A DNA stretch of 64,000 nucleotides. Origin: Eledone cirrhosa (Eukaryota). Below are positions 27,401 to 42,301 of the stretch, one piece after another. The first letter of the stretch is position 1. Each line of letters starts with the position of its first letter. The notes under the pieces are model-generated. The model worked only from the letters and a program-made list of their open reading frames with translations, ran no database searches and was not told where the DNA came from. The stretch spans positions 2,356,001 to 2,420,000 of the forward strand of contig OZ024759.1 of assembly GCA_964016885.1 (NCBI GenBank). The letters are read 5' to 3'. A program made the position numbers and the translations under genes.

Positions 27401-30400
27401 CAAAGTCTATATTAGTAACATGACAAAGTCTATATTAGTAACATGACAAAGTCTATATTAGTAACATGACACAGTCTATATTAGTAACATGACAGTCTAT
27501 ATTAGTAACATGACAGTCTACATTAGTAACATGACACAGTCTATATTAGTAACATGACAAAGTCGATATTAGTAACATGACAATGTCTATATTAGTAACA
27601 TGACAAAGTCTATATTAGTAACATGACAAAGTCTATATTAGTAACATGACAAAGTCTATATTAGTAACATGACAAAGTCTATATTAGTAGCATGACAAAG
27701 TCTATATTAGTAACATGACAAAGTCTATATTAGTAACATGACAAAGTCTATATTAGTAACATGACAAAGTCTATATTAGTAACATGACAAAGTCTATATT
27801 AGTAACATGACACAGTCTATATTAGTAACATGACAGTCTATATTAGTAACATGACAGTCTACATTAGTAACATGACACAGTCTATAATAGTAACATGACA
27901 AAGTCGATATTAGTAACATGACAAAGTCTATATTAGTAACATGACAAAGTCTATATTAGTAACATGACAAAGTCTATATTAGTAACATGACAAAGTCTAT
28001 ATTAGTAACATGACACAGTCTATATTAGTAACATGACACAGTCTATATTAGTAGCATGACAAAGTCTATATTAGTAACATGACACAGTCTATATTAGTAA
28101 CATGACAAAGTCTATATTAGTAACATGACACAGTCTATATTAGTAACATGACAAAGTCTATATTAGTAGCATGACAAAGTCTATATTAGTAGCATGACAA
28201 AGTCTATATTAGTAGCATGACAAAGTCTATATTAGTAACATGACAAAGTCTATATTAGTAACATGACAACGTCTATATTAGTAACATGACACAGTCTATA
28301 TTAGTAACATGACACAGTCTATATTAGTAGCATGACAAAGTCTATATTAGTAACATGACACAGTCTATATTAGTAACATGACACAGTCTATATTAGTAAC
28401 ATGACACAGTCTATATTAATAGCATGACAAAGTCTATATTAGTAACATGACACAGTCTATATTAGTAACATGACAAAGTCTATATTAGTAACATGACACA
28501 GTCTATATTAGTAACATGACAAAGTCTATGTTTGTAGCATGACAAAGTCTATATTAGTAGCATGACAAAGTCTATATTAGTAGCATGACAAAGTCTATAT
28601 TAGTAACATGACAAAGTCTATATTAGTAACATGACAAAGTCTATATTAGTAACATGACACAGTCTATATTAGTAGCATGACACAGTCTATATTAGTAACA
28701 TGACAAAGTCTATATTAGTAGCATGACAAAGTCTATATTAGTAACATGACACAGTCTATATTAGTAACATGACAAAGTCTATATTAGTAGCATGACAAAG
28801 TCTATATTAGTAGCATGACAAAGTCTATATTAGTAGCATGACAAAGTCTATATTAGTAACATGACAAAGTCTATATTAGTAACATGACAAAGTCTATATT
28901 AGTAACATGACACAGTCTATATTAGTAGCATGACACAGTCTATATTAGTAACATGACAAAGTCTATATTAGTAGCATGACAAAGTCTATATTAGTAACAT
29001 GACACAGTCTATATTAGTAACATGACAAAGTCTATATTAGTAACATGACAAAGTCTATATTAGTAACATGACACAGTCTATATTAGTAACATGACAATGT
29101 CTATATTAGTAACATGACAAAGTCTATATTAGTAACATGACACAGTCTATATTAGTAACATGACACAGTCTATATTAGTAACATGACACAGTCTATATTA
29201 GTAACATGACACAGTCTATATTAGTAACATGACACAGTCTATATTTGTAACATGACAAAGTCTATATTAGTAACATGACAAAGTCTATATTAGTAACATG
29301 ACAAAGTCTATATTAGTAACATGACACAGTCTATATTAGTAACATGACACAGTCTATATTAGTAACATGACACAGTCTATATTAGTAACATGACAAAGTC
29401 TATATTAGTAGCATGACAAAGTCTATATTAGTAGCATGACAAAGTCTATATTAGTAGCATGACAAAGTCTATATTAGTAACATGACAGTCTATATTAGTA
29501 ACATGACAAAGTCTATATTAGTAGCATGACAAAGTCTATATTAGTAACATGACAAAGTCTATATTAGTAGCATGACACAGTCTATATTAGTAACATGACA
29601 AAGTCTATATTAGTAACATGACAGTCTATATTAGTAACATGACACAGTCTATATTAGTAACATGACACAGTCTATATTAGTAACATGAGACAGTCTATAT
29701 TAGTAACATGACAAAGTCTATATTAGTAACATGACACAGTCTATATTAGTAACATCACACAGTCTATATTAGTAACATGACAAAGTCTATATTAGTAACA
29801 TGACACAGTCTATATTAGTAACATGACACAGTCTATATTAGTAGCATGACAAAGTCTATGTTAGTAACATGACACAGTCTATATTAGTAGTATCACACAG
29901 TCTATATTAGTAACATGACAAAGTCTATATTAGTAACATGACAAAGTCTATATTAGTTAAATGACAAAGTCTATATTAGTAACATGACAAAGTCTATATT
30001 AGTAACATGACAGTCTATATTAGTAACATGACACAGTCTATATTAGTAACATGACACAGTCTATATTAGTAACATGACACAGTCTATATTAGTAACATGA
30101 CACAGTCTATATTAGTAACATGACAAAGTCTATATTAGTAACATGACACAGTCTATATTAGTAGCATGACAAAGTCTATATTAGTAACATGACACAGTCT
30201 ATATTAGTAGCATGACACAGTCTATATTAGTAACATGACAAAGTCTATATTAGTAACATAACAAAGTCTATATTAGTAACATGACAAAGTCTATATTAGT
30301 AACATGACAAAGTCTATATTAGTAGCATGACAAAGTCTATATTAGTAACATGACAAAGTCTATATTAGTAACATGGCAAAGTCTATATTAGTAACATGAC

Positions 30401-33400
30401 AAAGTCTATATTAGTAACATGACAGTCTATATTAGTAACATGACACAGTCTATATTAGTAACATGACAAAGTCTATACTAGTAACATGACAAAGTCTATA
30501 TTAGTAACATGACAAAGTCTATATTGGTAACATGACAAAGTCTATATTAGTAGCATGACAAAGTCTATATTAGTAACATGACAAAGTCTATATTAGTAAC
30601 ATGACAAAGTCTATATTAGTAACATGACACAGTCTATATTAGTAACATGACAAAGTCTATATTAGTAGCATGACAAAGTCTATATTAGTAACATGACAAA
30701 GTCTATATTAGTAACATGACAAAGTCTATGTTAGTAACATGACAAAGTCTATATTAGTAACATGACAAAGTCTATATTAGTAACATGACAAAGTCTATAT
30801 TAGTAACATGACACAGTCTATATTAGTAACATGACAGTCTATATTAGTAACATGACAGTCTACATTAGTAACATGACACAGTCTATATTAGTAACATGAC
30901 AAAGTCTATATTAGTAGCATGACAAAGTCTATATTAGTAACATGACAAAGTCTATATTAGTAACATGACAAAGTCTATATTAGTAACATGACAAAGTCTA
31001 TATTAGTAACATGACAAAGTCTATATTAGTAACATGACACAGTCTATATTAGTAACATGACAGTCTATATTAGTAACATGACAGTCTACATTAGTAACAT
31101 GACACAGTCTATATTAGTAACATGACAAAGTCGATATTAGTAACATGACAATGTCTATATTAGTAACATGACAAAGTCTATATTAGTAACATGACAAAGT
31201 CTATATTAGTAACATGACAAAGTCTATATTAGTAACATGACAAAGTCTATATTAGTAGCATGACAAAGTCTATATTAGTAACATGACAAAGTCTATATTA
31301 GTAACATGACAAAGTCTATATTAGTAACATGACAAAGTCTATATTAGTAACATGACAAAGTCTATATTAGTAACATGACACAGTCTATATTAGTAACATG
31401 ACAGTCTATATTAGTAACATGACAGTCTACATTAGTAACATGACACAGTCTATAATAGTAACATGACAAAGTCGATATTAGTAACATGACAAAGTCTATA
31501 TTAGTAACATGACAAAGTCTATATTAGTAACATGACAAAGTCTATATTAGTAACATGACAAAGTCTATATTAGTAACATGACACAGTCTATATTAGTAAC
31601 ATGACACAGTCTATATTAGTAGCATGACAAAGTCTATATTAGTAACATGACACAGTCTATATTAGTAACATGACAAAGTCTATATTAGTAACATGACACA
31701 GTCTATATTAGTAACATGACAAAGTCTATATTAGTAGCATGACAAAGTCTATATTAGTAGCATGACAAAGTCTATATTAGTAGCATGACAAAGTCTATAT
31801 TAGTAACATGACAAAGTCTATATTAGTAACATGACAACGTCTATATTAGTAACATGACACAGTCTATATTAGTAACATGACACAGTCTATATTAGTAGCA
31901 TGACAAAGTCTATATTAGTAACATGACACAGTCTATATTAGTAACATGACACAGTCTATATTAGTAACATGACACAGTCTATATTAATAGCATGACAAAG
32001 TCTATATTAGTAACATGACACAGTCTATATTAGTAACATGACAAAGTCTATATTAGTAACATGACACAGTCTATATTAGTAACATGACAAAGTCTATGTT
32101 TGTAGCATGACAAAGTCTATATTAGTAGCATGACAAAGTCTATATTAGTAGCATGACAAAGTCTATATTAGTAACATGACAAAGTCTATATTAGTAACAT
32201 GACAAAGTCTATATTAGTAACATGACACAGTCTATATTAGTAGCATGACACAGTCTATATTAGTAACATGACAAAGTCTATATTAGTAGCATGACAAAGT
32301 CTATATTAGTAACATGACACAGTCTATATTAGTAACATGACAAAGTCTATATTAGTAACATGACAAAGTCTATATTAGTAACATGACACAGTCTATATTA
32401 GTAACATGACAATGTCTATATTAGTAACATGACAAAGTCTATATTAGTAACATGACACAGTCTATATTAGTAACATGACACAGTCTATATTAGTAACATG
32501 ACACAGTCTATATTAGTAACATGACACAGTCTATATTAGTAACATGACACAGTCTATATTTGTAACATGACAAAGTCTATATTAGTAACATGACAAAGTC
32601 TATATTAGTAACATGACAAAGTCTATATTAGTAACATGACACAGTCTATATTAGTAACATGACACAGTCTATATTAGTAACATGACACAGTCTATATTAG
32701 TAACATGACAAAGTCTATATTAGTAGCATGACAAAGTCTATATTAGTAGCATGACAAAGTCTATATTAGTAGCATGACAAAGTCTATATTAGTAACATGA
32801 CAGTCTATATTAGTAACATGACAAAGTCTATATTAGTAGCATGACAAAGTCTATATTAGTAACATGACAAAGTCTATATTAGTAGCATGACACAGTCTAT
32901 ATTAGTAACATGACAAAGTCTATATTAGTAACATGACAGTCTATATTAGTAACATGACACAGTCTATATTAGTAACATGACACAGTCTATATTAGTAACA
33001 TGAGACAGTCTATATTAGTAACATGACAAATTCTATATTAGTAACATGACACAGTCTATATTAGTAACATCACACAGTCTATATTAGTAACATGACAAAG
33101 TCTATATTAGTAACATGACACAGTCTATATTAGTAACATGACACAGTCTATATTAGTAGCATGACAAAGTCTATGTTAGTAACATGACACAGTCTATATT
33201 AGTAGTATCACACAGTCTATATTAGTAACATGACAAAGTCTATATTAGTAACATGACAAAGTCTATATTAGTAACATGACAAAGTCTATATTAGTAACAT
33301 GACAAAGTCTATATTAGTAACATGACAGTCTATATTAGTAACATGACACAGTCTATATTAGTAACATGACACAGTCTATATTAGTAACATGACACAGTCT

Positions 33401-33900
33401 ATATTAGTAACATCACAAAGTCTATATTAGTAACATGACACAGTCTATATTAGTAGCATGACAAAGTCTATATTAGTAACATGACACAGTCTATATTAGT
33501 AGCATGACACAGTCTATATTAGTAACATGACAAAGTCTATATTAGTAACATAACAAAGTCTATATTAGTAACATGACAAAGTCTATATTAGTAACATGAC
33601 AAAGTCTATATTAGTAGCATGACAAAGTCTATATTAGTAACATGACAAAGTCTATATTAGTAACATGGCAAAGTCTATATTAGTAACATGACAAAGTCTA
33701 TATTAGTAACATGACAGTCTATATTAGTAACATGACACAGTCTATATTAGTAACATGACAAAGTCTATACTAGTAACATGACAAAGTCTATATTAGTAAC
33801 ATGACAAAGTCTATATTGGTAACATGACAAAGTCTATATTAGTAGCATGACAAAGTCTATATTAGTAACATGACAAAGTCTATATTAGTAACATGACAAA
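24500..33900. repeat. ~3.3-3.6 kb higher-order repeat, about three tandem copies
   Basis: TATGTTTGTAGC occurs at 25215, 28530 and 32098 (spacings 3315, 3568). AGTTAAATG (26390/29958) and ACTAGT (26909/30477) share the 3568 offset. Confidence 0.85.
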
Positions 33901-36900
33901 GTCTATATTAGTAACATGACACAGTCTATATTAGTAACATGACAAAGTCTATATTAGTAGCATGACAAAGTCTATATTAGTAACATGACAAAGTCTATAT
34001 TAGTAACATGACAAAGTCTATGTTAGTAACATGACAAAGTCTATATTAGTAACATGACAAAGTCTATATTAGTAACATGACAAAGTCTATATTAGTAACA
34101 TGACACAGTCTATATTAGTAACATGACAGTCTATATTAGTAACATGACAGTCTACATTAGTAACATGACACAGTCTATATTAGTAACATGACAAAGTCGA
34201 TATTAGTAACATGACAATGTCTATATTAGTAACATGACAAAGTCTATATTAGTAAAATAACACAGTCTATATTAGTAACATGACAAAGTCTATATTAGTA
34301 ACATGGCAAAGTCTATATTATAACATGACAAAGTCTATATTAGTAACATGACAAAGTCTATATTAGTAACATGACACAGTCTATATTAGTAACATGACAA
34401 AGTCTATATTAGTAACATGACAAAGTCTATATTAGTAACATGACAAAGTCTATATTAGTAACATGACAAAGTCTATATTAGTAGCATGACAAAGTCTATA
34501 TTAGTAACATGACAAAGTCTATATTAGTAACATGACAAAGTCTATATTAGTAACATGACACAGTCTATATTAGTAACATGACAAAGTCTATATTAGTAGC
34601 ATGACAAAGTCTATATTAGTAACATGACAAAGTCTATATTAGTAACATGACAAATTCTATATTAGTAACATGACAAAGTCTATATTAGTAACATGACAAA
34701 GTCTATATTAGTAACATGACACAGTCTATATTAGTAACATGACAGTCTATATCAGTAACATGACAGTCTACATTAGTAACATGACAAAGTCGATATTAGT
34801 AACATGACAATGTCTATATTAGTAACATGACAAAGTCTATATTAGTAACATGACAAAGTCTATATTAGTAACATGACAAAGTCTATATTAGTAACATGAC
34901 ACAGTCTATATTAGTAACATGCCAAAGTCTATATTAGTAGCATGACAAAGTCTATATTAGTAACATGACAAAGTCTATATTAGTAACATGACAAAGTCTA
35001 TATTAGTAACATGACAAAGTCTATATTAGTAACATGACACAGTCTATATTAGTAACATGACAGTCTATATTAGTAACATGACAGTCTACATTAGTAACAT
35101 GACACAGTCTATATTAGTAACATGACAAAGTCGATATTAGTAACATGACAATGTCTATATTAGTAACATGACAAAGTCTATATTAGTAACATGACAAAGT
35201 CTATATTAGTAACATGACAAAGTCTATATTAGTAACATGACAAAGTATATATTAGTAACATGACAAAGTCTATATTAGTAACATGACACAGTCTATATTA
35301 GTAACATGACAAAGTCTATATTAGTAGCATGACAAAGTCTGTATTCGTAACATGACAGTCTATATTAGTAACATGACAAAGTCTATATTAGTAACATGAC
35401 AAAGTCTATATTAGTAGCATGACAAAGTCTATATTAGTAACATGACAAAGTCTATATTAGTAACATGACAAAGTCTATATTAGTAACATGACACAGTCTA
35501 TATTAGTAACATGACAAAGTCTATATTAGTAGCATGACAAAGTCTATATTAGTAACATGACAAAGTCTATATTAGTAACATGACAAAGTCTATATTAGTA
35601 ACATGACAAAGTCTATATTAGTAACATGACAAAGTCTATATTAGTAACATGACACAGTCTATATTAGTAACATGACAGTCTATATTAGTAACATGACAGT
35701 CTACATTAGTAACATGACACAGTCTATATTAGTAACATGACAAAGTCGATATTAGTAACATGACAATGTCTATATTAGTAACATGACAAAGTCTATATTA
35801 GTAACATGACAAAGTCTATATTAGTAGCAGGACAAAGTCTATATTAGTAACATGACAAAGTCTATATTAGTAACATGACAAAGTCTATATTAGTAACATG
35901 ACACAGTCTATATTAGTAACATGACAAAGTCTATATTAGTAACATGACAAAGTCTATATTAGTAACATGACAAAGTCTATATTAGTAACATGACACAGTC
36001 TATATTAGTAACATGACACAGTCTATATTAATAGCATGACAAAGTCTATATTAGTAACATGACACAGTCTATATTAGTAACATGACAAAGTCTATATTAG
36101 TAACATGACACAGTCTATATTAGTAACATGACAAAGTCTATGTTTGTAGCATGACAAAGTCTATATTAGTAGCATGACAAAGTCTATATTAGTAGCATGA
36201 CAAAGTCTATATTAGTAACATGACAAAGTCTATATTAGTAACATGACAAAGTCTATATTAGTAACATGACACAGTCTATATTAGTAGCATGACACAGTCT
36301 ATATTAGTAACATGACAAAGTCTATATTAGTAGCATGACAAAGTCTATATTAGTAACATGACACAGTCTATATTAGTAACATGACAAAGTCTATATTAGT
36401 AACATGACAAAGTCTATATTAGTAACATGACACAGTCTATATTAGTAACATGACAATGTCTATATTAGTAACATGACAAAGTCTATATTAGTAACATGAC
36501 ACAGTCTATATTAGTAACATGACACAGTCTATATTAGTAACATGACACAGTCTATATTAGTAACATGACACAGTCTATATTAGTAACATGACACAGTCTA
36601 TATTTGTAACATGACAAAGTCTATATTAGTAACATGACAAAGTCTATATTAGTAACATGACAAAGTCTATATTAGTAACATGACACAGTCTATATTAGTA
36701 ACATGACACAGTCTATATTAGTAACATGACACAGTCTATATTAGTAACATGACAAAGTCTATATTAGTAGCATGACAAAGTCTATATTAGTAGCATGACA
36801 AAGTCTATATTAGTAGCATGACAAAGTCTATATTAGTAACATGACAGTCTATATTAGTAACATGACAAAGTCTATATTAGTAGCATGACAAAGTCTATAT

Positions 36901-39720
36901 TAGTAACATGACAAAGTCTATATTAGTAGCATGACACAGTCTATATTAGTAACATGACAAAGTCTATATTAGTAACATGACAGTCTATATTAGTAACATG
37001 ACACAGTCTATATTAGTAACATGACACAGTCTATATTAGTAACATGAGACAGTCTATATTAGTAACATGACAAATTCTATATTAGTAACATGACACAGTC
37101 TATATTAGTAACATCACACAGTCTATATTAGTAACATGACAAAGTCTATATTAGTAACATGACACAGTCTATATTAGTAACATGACACAGTCTATATTAG
37201 TAGCATGACAAAGTCTATGTTAGTAACATGACACAGTCTATATTAGTAGTATCACACAGTCTATATTAGTAACATGACAAAGTCTATATTAGTAACATGA
37301 CAAAGTCTATATTAGTAACATGACAAAGTCTATATTAGTAACATGACAAAGTCTATATTAGTAACATGACAGTCTATATTAGTAACATGACACAGTCTAT
37401 ATTAGTAACATGACACAGTCTATATTAGTAACATGACACAGTCTATATTAGTAACATGACAAAGTCTATATTAGTAACATGACACAGTCTATATTAGTAG
37501 CATGACAAAGTCTATATTAGTAACATGACACAGTCTATATTAGTAGCATGACACAGTCTATATTAGTAACATGACAAAGTCTATATTAGTAACATAACAA
37601 AGTCTATATTAGTAACATGACAAAGTCTATATTAGTAACATGACAAAGTCTATATTAGTAGCATGACAAAGTCTATATTAGTAACATGACAAAGTCTATA
37701 TTAGTAACATGGCAAAGTCTATATTAGTAACATGACAAAGTCTATATTAGTAACATGACAGTCTATATTAGTAACATGACACAGTCTATATTAGTAACAT
37801 GACAAAGTCTATACTAGTAACATGACAAAGTCTATATTAGTAACATGACAAAGTCTATATTGGTAACATGACAAAGTCTATATTAGTAGCATGACAAAGT
37901 CTATATTAGTAACATGACAAAGTCTATATTAGTAACATGACAAAGTCTATATTAGTAACATGACACAGTCTATATTAGTAACATGACAAAGTCTATATTA
38001 GTAGCATGACAAAGTCTATATTAGTAACATGACAAAGTCTATATTAGTAACATGACAAAGTCTATGTTAGTAACATGACAAAGTCTATATTAGTAACATG
38101 ACAAAGTCTATATTAGTAACATGACAAAGTCTATATTAGTAACATGACACAGTCTATATTAGTAACATGACAGTCTATATTAGTAACATGACAGTCTACA
38201 TTAGTAACATGACACAGTCTATATTAGTAACATGACAAAGTCGATATTAGTAACATGACAATGTCTATATTAGTAACATGACAAAGTCTATATTAGTAAA
38301 ATAACACAGTCTATATTAGTAACATGACAAAGTCTATATTAGTAACATGGCAAAGTCTATATTATAACATGACAAAGTCTATATTAGTAACATGACAAAG
38401 TCTATATTAGTAACATGACACAGTCTATATTAGTAACATGACAAAGTCTATATTAGTAACATGACAAAGTCTATATTAGTAACATGACAAAGTCTATATT
38501 AGTAACATGACAAAGTCTATATTAGTAGCATGACAAAGTCTATATTAGTAACATGACAAAGTCTATATTAGTAACATGACAAAGTCTATATTAGTAACAT
38601 GACACAGTCTATATTAGTAACATGACAAAGTCTATATTAGTAGCATGACAAAGTCTATATTAGTAACATGACAAAGTCTATATTAGTAACATGACAAATT
38701 CTATATTAGTAACATGACAAAGTCTATATTAGTAACATGACAAAGTCTATATTAGTAACATGACACAGTCTATATTAGTAACATGACAGTCTATATCAGT
38801 AACATGACAGTCTACATTAGTAACATGACAAAGTCGATATTAGTAACATGACAATGTCTATATTAGTAACATGACAAAGTCTATATTAGTAACATGACAA
38901 AGTCTATATTAGTAACATGACAAAGTCTATATTAGTAACATGACACAGTCTATATTAGTAACATGCCAAAGTCTATATTAGTAGCATGACAAAGTCTATA
39001 TTAGTAACATGACAAAGTCTATATTAGTAACATGACAAAGTCTATATTAGTAACATGACAAAGTCTATATTAGTAACATGACACAGTCTATATTAGTAAC
39101 ATGACAGTCTATATTAGTAACATGACAGTCTACATTAGTAACATGACACAGTCTATATTAGTAACATGACAAAGTCGATATTAGTAACATGACAATGTCT
39201 ATATTAGTAACATGACAAAGTCTATATTAGTAACATGACAAAGTCTATATTAGTAACATGACAAAGTCTATATTAGTAACATGACAAAGTATATATTAGT
39301 AACATGACAAAGTCTATATTAGTAACATGACACAGTCTATATTAGTAACATGACAAAGTCTATATTAGTAGCATGACAAAGTCTGTATTCGTAACATGAC
39401 AGTCTATATTAGTAACATGACAAAGTCTATATTAGTAACATGACAAAGTCTATATTAGTAGCATGACAAAGTCTATATTAGTAACATGACAAAGTCTATA
39501 TTAGTAACATGACAAAGTCTATATTAGTAACATGACACAGTCTATATTAGTAACATGACAAAGTCTATATTAGTAGCATGACAAAGTCTATATTAGTAAC
39601 ATGACAAAGTCTATATTAGTAACATGACAAAGTCTATATTAGTAACATGACAAAGTCTATATTAGTAACATGACAAAGTCTATATTAGTAACATGACACA
39701 GTCTATATTAGTAACATGAC
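31960..39720. repeat. Higher-order tandem duplication, offset 4044 bp
   Basis: TATGTTTG (32098/36142), GACAAATTC following GAGACA (33031/37075), ACTAGT (33769/37813), TATTATAAC (34320/38364) and TATATCAG (34753/38797) are all offset by 4044. Confidence 0.85.
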
Positions 39721-42301
39721 AAAGTCTATATTAGTAACATGACACAGTCTATATTAGTAACATGACACAGTCTATATTAGTAGCATGACAAAGTCTATGT
39801 TAGTAACATGACACAGTCTATATTAGTAGTATCACACAGTCTATATTAGTAACATGACAAAGTCTATATTAGTAACATGACAAAGTCTATATTAGTAACA
39901 TGACAAAGTCTATATTAGTAACATGACAAAGTCTATATTAGTAACATGACAGTCTATATTAGTAACATGACACAGTCTATATTAGTAACATGACACAGTC
40001 TATATTAGTAACATGACACAGTCTATATTAGTAACATGACAAAGTCTATATTAGTAACATGACACAGTCTATATTAGTAGCATGACAAAGTCTATATTAG
40101 TAACATGACACAGTCTATATTAGTAGCATGACACAGTCTATATTAGTAACATGACAAAGTCTATATTAGTAACATAACAAAGTCTATATTAGTAACATGA
40201 CAAAGTCTATATTAGTAACATGACAAAGTCTATATTAGTAGCATGACAAAGTCTATATTAGTAACATGACAAAGTCTATATTAGTAACATGGCAAAGTCT
40301 ATATTAGTAACATGACAAAGTCTATATTAGTAACATGACAGTCTATATTAGTAACATGACACAGTCTATATTAGTAACATGACAAAGTCTATACTAGTAA
40401 CATGACAAAGTCTATATTAGTAACATGACAAAGTCTATATTGGTAACATGACAAAGTCTATATTAGTAGCATGACAAAGTCTATATTAGTAACATGACAA
40501 AGTCTATATTAGTAACATGACAAAGTCTATATTAGTAACATGACACAGTCTATATTAGTAACATGACAAAGTCTATATTAGTAGCATGACAAAGTCTATA
40601 TTAGTAACATGACAAAGTCTATATTAGTAACATGACAAAGTCTATGTTAGTAACATGACAAAGTCTATATTAGTAACATGACAAAGTCTATATTAGTAAC
40701 ATGACAAAGTCTATATTAGTAACATGACACAGTCTATATTAGTAACATGACAGTCTATATTAGTAACATGACAGTCTACATTAGTAACATGACACAGTCT
40801 ATATTAGTAACATGACAAAGTCGATATTAGTAACATGACAATGTCTATATTAGTAACATGACAAAGTCTATATTAGTAAAATAACACAGTCTATATTAGT
40901 AACATGACAAAGTCTATATTAGTAACATGGCAAAGTCTATATTATAACATGACAAAGTCTATATTAGTAACATGACAAAGTCTATATTAGTAACATGACA
41001 CAGTCTATATTAGTAACATGACAAAGTCTATATTAGTAACATGACAAAGTCTATATTAGTAACATGACAAAGTCTATATTAGTAACATGACAAAGTCTAT
41101 ATTAGTAGCATGACAAAGTCTATATTAGTAACATGACAAAGTCTATATTAGTAACATGACAAAGTCTATATTAGTAACATGACACAGTCTATATTAGTAA
41201 CATGACAAAGTCTATATTAGTAGCATGACAAAGTCTATATTAGTAACATGACAAAGTCTATATTAGTAACATGACAAATTCTATATTAGTAACATGACAA
41301 AGTCTATATTAGTAACATGACAAAGTCTATATTAGTAACATGACACAGTCTATATTAGTAACATGACAGTCTATATCAGTAACATGACAGTCTACATTAG
41401 TAACATGACAAAGTCGATATTAGTAACATGACAATGTCTATATTAGTAACATGACAAAGTCTATATTAGTAACATGACAAAGTCTATATTAGTAACATGA
41501 CAAAGTCTATATTAGTAACATGACACAGTCTATATTAGTAACATGCCAAAGTCTATATTAGTAGCATGACAAAGTCTATATTAGTAACATGACAAAGTCT
41601 ATATTAGTAACATGACAAAGTCTATATTAGTAACATGACAAAGTCTATATTAGTAACATGACACAGTCTATATTAGTAACATGACAGTCTATATTAGTAA
41701 CATGACAGTCTACATTAGTAACATGACACAGTCTATATTAGTAACATGACAAAGTCGATATTAGTAACATGACAATGTCTATATTAGTAACATGACAAAG
41801 TCTATATTAGTAACATGACAAAGTCTATATTAGTAACATGACAAAGTCTATATTAGTAACATGACAAAGTATATATTAGTAACATGACAAAGTCTATATT
41901 AGTAACATGACACAGTCTATATTAGTAACATGACAAAGTCTATATTAGTAGCATGACAAAGTCTGTATTCGTAACATGACAGTCTATATTAGTAACATGA
42001 CAAAGTCTATATTAGTAACATGACAAAGTCTATATTAGTAGCATGACAAAGTCTATATTAGTAACATGACAAAGTCTATATTAGTAACATGACAAAGTCT
42101 ATATTAGTAACATGACACAGTCTATATTAGTAACATGACAAAGTCTATATTAGTAGCATGACAAAGTCTATATTAGTAACATGACAAAGTCTATATTAGT
42201 AACATGACAAAGTCTATATTAGTAACATGACAAAGTCTATATTAGTAACATGACAAAGTCTATATTAGTAACATGACACAGTCTATATTAGTAACATGAC
42301 A
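37116..42301. repeat. Apparently perfect 2580-bp tandem duplication (37116-39695 / 39696-~42300)
   Basis: The printed 60-nt lines from 37141 onward match those from 39721 onward. Markers agree: ACTAGT 37813/40393, TATTATAAC 38364/40944, TATATCAG 38797/41377. Confidence 0.9.
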
